41,621 nucleotides of DNA from contig JAUWBY010000001.1 of the NCBI GenBank assembly GCA_030609605.1, positions 1-41,621 on the forward strand, in the 5' to 3' direction. The position numbers and the translations under genes are program-made. Origin of the DNA: Candidatus Eiseniibacteriota bacterium (GTDB taxonomy: Bacteria; Joyebacterota; Joyebacteria; Joyebacterales; Joyebacteraceae). The notes beneath the pieces are model-generated. The model was not told where the DNA came from, did no database searches, and saw only the letters and a program-made list of their open reading frames with translations. The first letter of the stretch is position 1, and every line of letters starts with the position of its first letter. Shown here in pieces: positions 27,603-34,797 of this stretch.

Positions 27603-30116
27603 TCACCACCCCCTCTCCCGCACATTCCCTTTGCCACCTGCTTCTTCCCGCGGGCGATCCCGCACATTTGCCCCGCCACCTGCTTCCTCCCGCGGGCGAT
27701 CTCCCACACTTGCCGCGCCGCCTGCCTCGCTTCGCCCTCGTCCACGCAAGCGTCTCCTCTGCTCCTCAGGCAACCCCGCGTATAGCCACATTGAAAGCTC
27801 AATGATCCTCCTCCTGACGGAGCACCGCACCGCATCGTGCCCCGACGCTTCTCCCGGCATCGTATCAAGATCGTGATGGCAGGGTCCTCCGCACAGGTCG
27901 TGCGCCCAGCAGTCCAGACAAGCGGACGATGCCGCTCGCAGCTTCTTGAGCAACGACGTGATCGCCCGGCGGTCGATGCCGCTTGCCACGTGCCCGACGG
28001 CGAAGCGATCGTCACCTGCGAATCTGTGGCAGAGATAGAGCGTCCCGTCCGTCGCAACAGAGAGATAGCGCGCCCCGGCGCCACACGGAGAATCGCGGCG
28101 AGACCCGCGCGCCAGGAGCGCCATCGGCTCGGTGAAACTGCTCACCGATGGGCGCGAGCCGCTCAACAGTACATCACGTTCCGCTTGGGCAAGCGCTTCG
28201 AACTCAGAGCAGAGCCGCTCCGCGAACCCCCTGCTCATGCTCGATCCGCTCACAGGAGCCAGATGCACGGTGGAAAACCCGAGCCCCGCAAGATGCGCCA
28301 CAAGCTCGGTCAGAGGTTCTGACGACTCCGTCACCGTCGCCCTAACCCCCACGCTGAAACCGGGAGGCAGCTCCGTCAGGTTGCGGACGATACTCGCGTA
28401 GGACCCCTTGCCGTTGCGAAAGCGTCGGTTCGCATCGTGGTCCTCTTCGCAGCCGTCCATGCTGATCAGACAATCGATCCCGAGCTCGGCGAGAAGCCTG
28501 GCGGTGCCGGGAGTGAGCAGTGTTCCATTCGTTGTCATATGGAAACGGATATTCCGCCCCACCTCCGTGGCACGCTCTCGCGCGTAGCGAACGACTGGAC
28601 GAAGCATGTCCGTCGCGAGGAGCGGCTCTCCTCCAAAGAAGATTATCGATATCTCCGGCTCTCCGAACGACTCGCGTATCAGGAGGTCAATAGCCCTGAA
28701 AGCCACGTCCTCCGCCATGGTCTCACCAGCCGCGTTCTCTCTACGACGTCCGGCGCCCGTCTGTGAAGCTGCCAATGTTCCGAGGTAGCAGTAGGTACAC
28801 GAGAGATTGCAGGCGTTGCTCACGTTAAGCGCCAGCGATTTGATGGAGATCTCGATCTCTGAGGCCCGTCTCCCGCTCCGACGGGGCTTCCCCCCCGGCG
28901 CCAATCCCCCGACTTCGGAGATGGCGGTTTGGACGGAGGCAGCGCCGTGGTTGAGTTCGAGGACCGCTCGCTCGGTCACGGGCGCTCTTTTCGCGAGCCA
29001 CCTGATGGTATCTGCCGCGACGGCATCTGCTTCAAAAAGGAAGCCGGACGCGGGATCGAACGCGAATTCCTTTCCGTCCACGCTGAATGTGTGGAGCTCG
29101 CGCCCTGCGAGGATCGCGTGCGCGAGTGAGTCGTCCGGTTCTCGGCCGTTCGGGTTTTCTCCGCGCCCTGGACTGCTCGCGGCGGCCAGCGCCTCGAGTG
29201 AGAGGCGACGGGTCATTCTGGCGTTGCCCGAGGTGGCATCGTGAAGCACAGAGCTCAGGAACTCAGCAAGCTGCGGACAAGGCAGACTCTCAGCTGTACT
29301 GAGAGCCTGCGCATAACACGATTCCATTGTCCCGGTGACTCTCTCAAGAGCACCTGACTCGGCCGCCATCCTGAGAAGACCTCTCGCAGAGAGCTTCTCC
29401 GGAAGCTCCTTGCACCCACTCCACGTGAGGAGCATCCACACGGTCGCCGACGGGCGGCCAGCCGCCAGATCCTCACCAAGATCGACCAGATCATCAGCCA
29501 ACTGGTAACCGGCGTGGTACTCCTCGATGAGTCGCTCCATAGCAGGAAGAAGATCCGGGCGCCCGCCAAGAGTGGCTACCGCGGCGGCGGTAACCTTCAG
29601 CGGTGACATCTTCCTTCCCAGAAGGAGAAGCGTACTGTCGAGTTCATCGTCCCCAACGGCTCTGACGCCTCCCTCCTTGTGATGAACCGACTGTTCCCAC
29701 TCGAGGCTCAAGAAGTACTCGTCCATGAACCGGTCGTAGTGCTGCCAGAATTCGCTCTCCCCCGGGAAGAGCTCAGCGTACAGGCGGACGAACTCGCACA
29801 GACACCTGTCGCAAAAGTCGAGCGCTCTCGGGTCGACGCCCCTTGTGCCGTCCAAGAGCTCGTCCTGCGAGAGGAAATGCGCCGTGGCGAATGCGTTCCC
29901 CAGAGACATGACTCTCGCCGCATCGCCGTCGCCTTCAAAACGGATGCCTTCTACCAGAAGGAATGGGAGAGTAACGGCGATGTTCGTCGATCTGATGCCC
30001 CTGTCCGACATCGCGCTCTCCAATCGAAAGCGACTGACGGACGACTCAAAGCCGGTCGCGACGCGGCGCAATTCCTCTCGCATGTCGAATCGGCTTTGCG
30101 TGCTGGATGACGACAC
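27603..30116 (-). CDS. Fusion protein: N-terminal polyprenyl-synthase-like (class I isoprenoid fold) domain + RRE-like segment + radical SAM + SPASM domain + repeat tail
   Basis: - aa 78-89: AHFLSQDELLD, FARM-like.
- aa 203-217: GYQLADDLVDLGEDL, SARM-like DDxxD, about 123 aa after the first motif.
- aa 341-375: HTFSVDGKEFAFDPASGFLFEADAVAADTIRWL, a PqqD/RRE-like N-extension common in peptide-modifying rSAM enzymes.
- aa 435-442: CNLSCTYC (CX3CX2C, nt ~28791-28814).
- GGEPLL follows.
- SPASM: CGAG...LYLCH plus CLDCWAHDLCGGPC (CX2CX5CX3C).
- Start uncertain: GTG 30116, ATG 30083 or ATG 30011. Confidence 0.85.
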   Translation of the reverse strand: MSSSSTQSRFDMREELRRVATGFESSVSRFRLESAMSDRGIRSTNIAVTLPFLLVEGIRFEGDGDAARVMSLGNAFATAHFLSQDELLDGTRGVDPRALDFCDRCLCEFVRLYAELFPGESEFWQHYDRFMDEYFLSLEWEQSVHHKEGGVRAVGDDELDSTLLLLGRKMSPLKVTAAAVATLGGRPDLLPAMERLIEEYHAGYQLADDLVDLGEDLAAGRPSATVWMLLTWSGCKELPEKLSARGLLRMAAESGALERVTGTMESCYAQALSTAESLPCPQLAEFLSSVLHDATSGNARMTRRLSLEALAAASSPGRGENPNGREPDDSLAHAILAGRELHTFSVDGKEFAFDPASGFLFEADAVAADTIRWLAKRAPVTERAVLELNHGAASVQTAISEVGGLAPGGKPRRSGRRASEIEISIKSLALNVSNACNLSCTYCYLGTLAASQTGAGRRRENAAGETMAEDVAFRAIDLLIRESFGEPEISIIFFGGEPLLATDMLRPVVRYARERATEVGRNIRFHMTTNGTLLTPGTARLLAELGIDCLISMDGCEEDHDANRRFRNGKGSYASIVRNLTELPPGFSVGVRATVTESSEPLTELVAHLAGLGFSTVHLAPVSGSSMSRGFAERLCSEFEALAQAERDVLLSGSRPSVSSFTEPMALLARGSRRDSPCGAGARYLSVATDGTLYLCHRFAGDDRFAVGHVASGIDRRAITSLLKKLRAASSACLDCWAHDLCGGPCHHDLDTMPGEASGHDAVRCSVRRRIIELSMWLYAGLPEEQRRRLRGRGRSEAGGAASVGDRPREEAGGGANVRDRPREEAGGKGNVRERGW
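27613..27740. repeat. About three tandem 42-bp units at the 3' end of the radical SAM fusion gene (14-aa GANVRDRPREEAGG repeats)
   Basis: Read directly: ...GCCACCTGCTTCTTCCCGCGGGCGATCCCGCACATTTGCCCC / GCCACCTGCTTCCTCCCGCGGGCGATCTCCCACACTTGCCGC..., with a more degenerate third copy. Confidence 0.8.
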
Positions 30117-30243
30117 GGTTGGAATGACCCATTGGGGAAGATCTGATGATCAGGAGCTGAGTACACGGGGTTGGAATCCGCGACCGGGAGCGGGCGTCAC
30201 CGCTGACCACAGGTCGGCAGCACTTCCTGGAGAGCCTGCTGGA

Positions 30244-30259
30244 AGCAAGTTGCTGACCA
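30244..30259 (-). promoter_or_regulatory. Weak sigma54-like -24/-12 element proximal to the radical SAM gene
   Basis: Minus strand reads TGGTCA-GCAAC-TTGCT. GG-N10-GC spacing is correct and the -12 TTGCT is perfect, but the -24 hexamer has three mismatches. About 130 nt upstream of GTG 30116. Confidence 0.3.
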
Positions 30260-30312
30260 GTTCGTGTGGAGCTCACACAAACTCCATCGCAGGCAGCACG
30301 TCCGGGCACAAT

Positions 30313-30451
30313 ACAGAGTGCGGCGTGGCCTCATGACCACGCCGCGCTCTGTCACAACTGTCTACTTGGATTACACACTGCACTGCTCTATGGCTCCCGA
30401 GCATAGAGCAGCCGGCAGGCGGACTGTGGAAGAGCGTTCGCGCCTGCCGGC
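30313..30451 (-). other. Three consecutive strong hairpins/inverted repeats in the non-coding leader region
   Basis: - 30313-30352: 16-bp stem with one mismatch (ACAGAGTGCGGCGTGG / CCACGCCGCGCTCTGT).
- 30383-30411: perfect 10-bp arms CTGCTCTATG / CATAGAGCAG.
- 30411-30451: perfect 10-bp GC-rich arms GCCGGCAGGC / GCCTGCCGGC with a 21-nt loop. Confidence 0.6.
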
Positions 30452-30873
30452 CTCGTGGGCTGGATCCCATCCTTGGGAGGAGAGTGCTTCTGACCAAGGT
30501 CGCCGTTCGGATGGAATCCGGGTGGAGAGCAGTTGGTGTTGCCGCGTCGGTGTCACTCCTTGCTGTTGCCGGTTCTTCTTCTCTATTCCCTACAGCTACC
30601 GCCAGGTGCCAGGAGATTCGGTAGCTGTCTAGATTCAGCCGAGGAACGGCGAGGCTATTCCGATGAGCAGGATTACTATTATCACTTTGACTCTCGCCGC
30701 GCTCGGCATGGCTACTCTCTCTGTTCTATGTCATCTCCCCGATGAATCCGGAGAGCCTGTGGTTCCTGGAAGGGAGGAGGGCCATAGAGCGACCGGACTC
30801 GCCCCCCTGATAATTTCACTCACGGCCACACCCCCTTCCAAGTCCTGTTGTCAAAGTTCTAACCCCTCTAAGG

Positions 30874-30888
30874 GCAGGGATCGTGCCA
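30874..30888 (-). promoter_or_regulatory. Sigma54-type -24/-12 promoter motif, distal, facing the RiPP-like operon
   Basis: Minus strand reads TGGCAC-GATCC-CTGC. The -24 TGGCAC is perfect, GG-N10-GC spacing is correct, and the -12 is CTGC versus TTGC. Confidence 0.45.
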
Positions 30889-31200
30889 GTTCGTGCTGAT
30901 TGACTCCCCATTCGTGCACCTGTGCAGTACCGCTAACCCGCTTACTGGCCGTAAGTTACGCTGCTGACGATTTAGGCGGCCAACACTCAGCAAAAGGAAC
31001 GGTGGCAGGTTCTTGACACCGCACGACCGATGCAGATGGGATTCCTGGTAACTTCTCCCTACAGCAGTGGTTACGCGACCGTCACGTTTGTGACGCTCTG
31101 TCGAAGATCTGACGGTCTCGGAAGCCTTCCGGTGACGCGCGGATGCCTGTCGAAGACCTGTCGGTGCTGATGCGGCCGGCCGGACAGCTCGGAGCGACAA

Positions 31201-31227
31201 CGAAAACCGGGCCGCTTCCGGCCCGGT
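31201..31227 (-). terminator. Rho-independent terminator of the TPR/sigma54-activator gene
   Basis: Minus strand reads ACCGGGCCG-GAAG-CGGCCCGGT followed by TTTTCG. Lies about 70 nt downstream of the stop at 31298. Confidence 0.6.
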
Positions 31228-31297
31228 CTGGGAACATCGTTTCGACGCTGCTGCCGCATCGACGAGAGGCTCGCACCGCCCCGCTGAGACACCACGC

Positions 31298-34200
31298 CTA
31301 TCCGATTCCGTGCTTCTTCATCTTCGCGTGCAGGCCTGTGCGCGACATCCCCAGGATCTGAGCTGCCTGCTGCTTGTTCCACCCCGTGCGATCCAGCGCT
31401 TCGAGAATCCGGCTTCGTTCCAACGTAACGACCTCATCCTTGAGCGACCGGGGGCGACTCTCATCGAGTTCGCTACCGGCTCCACCTTCAGCGCGAACCT
31501 TCAGTTCGGGGCTCATCTTGTCGATGCCGATGGTCTCGCCGCTCTTGGTGAGCGCGACACCGCGACGGACCTCATTCTCCAACTCCCGCACGTTGTTCCC
31601 CCGCCATCCATACCTGAGGAAGAGCTCCTTCACTTCCCGGCTGAACCCCACGATCGCTTTTCCCTCACGCTTCGCGTAGTACTCAAGGAAGTGATCCATC
31701 AGAGCCGGGATATCTTCAGGGCGGTCCCTCAGTGGTGGAAGCTCAACTGTAATAGTGCAGAGTCTGTAGAAGAGGTCTCGCCTGAATCCGCCGTTCTCCA
31801 CCTCCTGCCGAAGGTCCTTGTTCGTGGCGGAGATGACACGGGCGTTGCTCGTCCTCGTAACGCTTTCTCCTACCCTCCGGAACTCGCCATTCTGGAGGAA
31901 TCTCAGAAGCTTCACTTGAAGCTCGGGACTCATCTCCCCAATCTCATCGAGGAAGAGCGTTCCATCCGCCGCAGCCTCGACAAGGCCCTGGCGATCCCGG
32001 TCGGCATCCGTGAAAGCGCCGCGGACGTGGCCGAAGAGCTCGCTCTCCTGGAGATTCGGAGCGATGGCCCCGGAGTTCAGAGCCACGAACCTCCCGGTCG
32101 CCGTCCTGCTGCCGGAGTGAATGGCCTTCGCGATCAGTTCCTTGCCCACACCTGATTCGCCACGTATTAGAACCGGCACGTGGCTGTCCTTCAGCTGCTC
32201 GACGGTCGCGAGTATCTGGATCATCTCGGGACTTCGGGTGATAAGCCCGACGGTCTCCGCTGAGTCAAGGAGTCTGTCGGCCTCCTCCCCTGTCGACCGC
32301 GCGACGATTGACCCACCGACTCGAGAATGCATGAGGCCGAGCATCCGACCGACAGCGCCGACGAACTCCACGTCGCTCTGTGTGAAAGCAACTGATCTGT
32401 CGGTCCGGGAGCGGTCTACGTACACAAGGTAGACTGGTTTGCTGTCGAGGCCGACTTCCGCCGGTATCAGCGCAAGCGCGCCGACTTCGGATGGAGTGAA
32501 AGCGCCGTCTGAGTGTCCATTGCTGACGACTAGAGGACGCGAGTGGCCCCGTTTCGAAACGGTCGTGCGCACAAAGCGGCATGCGTCCGAGACTCCTCGT
32601 CCCGTTCTGTCGACAGACGTCACCACCGACGGCGTCCCTCCGTCCACAACCTGAAGGAGGACCAGCCGGTCGACGGACAGCGCACCTGCCAACTCCCCGG
32701 CGAAGCTATGCAGATCGTCGGGGCTCGGTTCGGCCGTCTCGAGAAATCTATAGCCCTCTGCAATCAGTGCGTACCGACCCCGGCGCGCGATTCCTGCGTC
32801 AGCCAGAGCCACATCCAGTTCCATGAGTGCGGCATCGATCTCGGCGAGACCGTGGCAGTCGTGCGCCACCTCAAACCTGAGTCTTGCACTCTCCAACCAC
32901 CTGCGCGCGCGATCCGGCAATCCGCTCGCCTTGAGCGCCTTGCCGCGTTCGAACTCACATCGCGCCACCCAGTTCGGGAGGCCGATGCGCGCAAAGGCTG
33001 CGGCCGCGGACGAAAGCCGGGCCTCTATGAGATCGATCGGCGGTTCGTCACCAGTCGACGATTCCCTGAGACCAATGCCTTCCGCGAGCGCTGCCCTTGC
33101 CAGCTCGAACGATTCCCCAATGCGACGCAGTATCTCCTCGGCCCTATGGATGAGAACCTCGGCAGTCGTCCGTTCACCCTTGGCGTAGCAGACGCTGGCC
33201 AGCACGCGGAGTGTTGCACCCTCTTCGAGGCTGTCGTTGATCTCGCGCGTGAGCTTGATGCCGTCCGAGCAGTCACGCTCGGCCTCGTCGAACCGACCGA
33301 GTTCCATGTAGACCTCGGCGCGCCGTCTCAGAACCTCACCGACGACATCGCTGTTCGACGAAAGCCTGTACGCGCACCCGAGAGCTCGATTGAGGCTCCT
33401 CAGCGCCTGCTCGTGCTCGCCGCGGTCCATCTCCAAATGGCCGATGAACTCCAAAGCCAGAGCTTCAGCCCTCAGGTACCCCTTCTCCTGGCTTGCAGAA
33501 AGGGCGTTCTGGAAAAGTCTCTGTGCCTCGCCCCACTCACGCCGTATACGGAGGATGTTACCCAGTGCGGACTCCGCTGCCACGAGGCCACGAGTCGCAC
33601 CGATCCGCCCGTAGAGGCTGCGCGCTTCGTTCAGCTTCTCCTCCGCTTCGCTCCAGCGGGAGAGCTTGTAGAGGATGATACCGAGGTTGGTAAGACGGTC
33701 GGCGATCGCCATCGTGTGACCGAGCTTCCGGTCGATGGTGAGAGCGTTCTCGATGTACTCAAGCGCTCCGTGGAAGTCGCCCGACCGCTTGGCCAACACA
33801 CCGAGGTTGTTGTAGGCGGAGGCGAGTCCGGCTTCATCGCCAAGACGCTTCTGTGTTACCAGGTAGTCAGTGAAATAGTCGCGCGCCGCCTTGATGTTGC
33901 CCAGCTCAGCGTTTGCGATGCCGAGTACCTTGCCTGCCTCCGCCAGAAGCGGACTCTCGGCCCTCGTTTTCAGAATCTCGTAGGCCTTCTGGGCCGCCCG
34001 CAGCGCCTCATCGTAACGACCGCTCTCGATCTCGACGCGGGCGAGCACGACGTTCGCTTCAGCCCACGCTGATCCATCATCCTCGCTGAGATCGAGATCG
34101 TCCAGCTTCGCGCAGTAGCGCCTGGCGTCATCGTAGCCGCCGAGCCCCAGGTAGCACTTCGCGATGTTGACCAGGAGACCCGCAGACTCAGGGTCGGTGA

Positions 34201-34396
34201 GCTTCTCACGAAGCTCACCGGCCTCGGTCCGTTCGAAATAGCTCAGCGCGTCAGTGTAGCTGTCGGATTCGAGATAGACATCGCCCAGGCGCATGGCCGC
34301 GACTGCGGCGTCTCTGCCGCTCCGCGATTCGAGCGCTTTCTCGAACGCTTTCAACATCTCGCGTTCCGGCGCACTGTCATTTCTCTTGTTGCTCAT
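31298..34396 (-). CDS. Sigma54-dependent transcriptional activator with a large N-terminal TPR array and central sensory region (TPR + GAF-like + AAA+ + Fis HTH), 1032 aa
   Basis: The N-terminal ~480 aa carry repeated TPR-like A..Y......G....A...... helix pairs. AAA+ domain: Walker A GESGVGKE, GAFTDA (a GAFTGA variant), Walker B LFLDEIGEM, RVISATNKDL, LPPLRDRPEDI. C-terminal HTH: WNKQQAAQILGMSRTGL. Confidence 0.9.
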   Translation of the reverse strand: MSNKRNDSAPEREMLKAFEKALESRSGRDAAVAAMRLGDVYLESDSYTDALSYFERTEAGELREKLTDPESAGLLVNIAKCYLGLGGYDDARRYCAKLDDLDLSEDDGSAWAEANVVLARVEIESGRYDEALRAAQKAYEILKTRAESPLLAEAGKVLGIANAELGNIKAARDYFTDYLVTQKRLGDEAGLASAYNNLGVLAKRSGDFHGALEYIENALTIDRKLGHTMAIADRLTNLGIILYKLSRWSEAEEKLNEARSLYGRIGATRGLVAAESALGNILRIRREWGEAQRLFQNALSASQEKGYLRAEALALEFIGHLEMDRGEHEQALRSLNRALGCAYRLSSNSDVVGEVLRRRAEVYMELGRFDEAERDCSDGIKLTREINDSLEEGATLRVLASVCYAKGERTTAEVLIHRAEEILRRIGESFELARAALAEGIGLRESSTGDEPPIDLIEARLSSAAAAFARIGLPNWVARCEFERGKALKASGLPDRARRWLESARLRFEVAHDCHGLAEIDAALMELDVALADAGIARRGRYALIAEGYRFLETAEPSPDDLHSFAGELAGALSVDRLVLLQVVDGGTPSVVTSVDRTGRGVSDACRFVRTTVSKRGHSRPLVVSNGHSDGAFTPSEVGALALIPAEVGLDSKPVYLVYVDRSRTDRSVAFTQSDVEFVGAVGRMLGLMHSRVGGSIVARSTGEEADRLLDSAETVGLITRSPEMIQILATVEQLKDSHVPVLIRGESGVGKELIAKAIHSGSRTATGRFVALNSGAIAPNLQESELFGHVRGAFTDADRDRQGLVEAAADGTLFLDEIGEMSPELQVKLLRFLQNGEFRRVGESVTRTSNARVISATNKDLRQEVENGGFRRDLFYRLCTITVELPPLRDRPEDIPALMDHFLEYYAKREGKAIVGFSREVKELFLRYGWRGNNVRELENEVRRGVALTKSGETIGIDKMSPELKVRAEGGAGSELDESRPRSLKDEVVTLERSRILEALDRTGWNKQQAAQILGMSRTGLHAKMKKHGIG

Positions 34397-34446
34397 GGCC
34401 CTGTCCCCGCGCTGAGGTCAGGAGATTCGGATGAACATTAGAACAC

Positions 34447-34797
34447 TCAGAGAATCCTGAACATCCAGTTCAGAATCATCCGCATCCGCATGCTCCACAG
34501 TTCGTTCTGAGCAACGAACTGCTTTTCAGTCTGTCCGTCAGCATCGTCTCCCGCGTCGCCCGACTCACCCGGAATCTCCGGATCCGGAGTTTCCTCTGGT
34601 TCGGCTGGCGTCGTGTTGCCCCAACGATCATCGTCACCACCTAGTTCCCCATCATCATCCCTGTACGTGATCGAAGAGAGCACCTGAGAGCTGCCGGACG
34701 GACCTCCCGTCCGAATAGCTGAGTTCGCGGCTCCAGCAACGAGTAGCGAACCCAGCGCGAGGACCACAAGCAGGATAAGTACCCACTTAATGCGCAT
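34447..34797 (-). CDS. Small secreted acidic protein (116 aa), hypothetical
   Basis: ATG at 34797 with GGGAGG upstream. Signal peptide MRIKWVLILLVVLALGSLLVAGAA, a D/E/G/P-rich middle, and a hydrophobic/basic C-terminus (ELWSMRMRMILNWMFRIL). Confidence 0.55.
   Translation of the reverse strand: MRIKWVLILLVVLALGSLLVAGAANSAIRTGGPSGSSQVLSSITYRDDDGELGGDDDRWGNTTPAEPEETPDPEIPGESGDAGDDADGQTEKQFVAQNELWSMRMRMILNWMFRIL

Noticed and set aside
30371-30556. 61-aa minus-strand ORF upstream of the radical SAM gene, considered as a third precursor
   Set aside because: It has no similarity to the two Cys-Xn-Asp peptides, the AAGGA abuts the GTG with no spacing, and its 3' half is made of the strong hairpins, which argues for RNA/DNA structure rather than coding.
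30594-30611. TGGCAC-containing sequence (minus strand TGGCACCTGGCGGTAGCT) that resembles the promoter at 20617-20632, sharing CTACAGC.ACC
   Set aside because: GG-to-GC spacing is 12 nt instead of 10, which is outside what sigma54 tolerates. It is kept only as a curiosity.
30663-30899. 78-aa + strand ORF with a signal-peptide-like N-terminus in the long non-coding region
   Set aside because: Its third-position GC is far below that of neighbouring genes, its C-terminal half is Ser/Pro-rich low complexity, it has no convincing SD, and it overlaps the minus-strand sigma54 motif.
32543-34072. 509-aa + strand ORF (and the 281-aa ORF at 31310-32155)
   Set aside because: Both are antisense to the sigma54 activator gene. 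They have no motifs and an Arg/Pro-rich composition.
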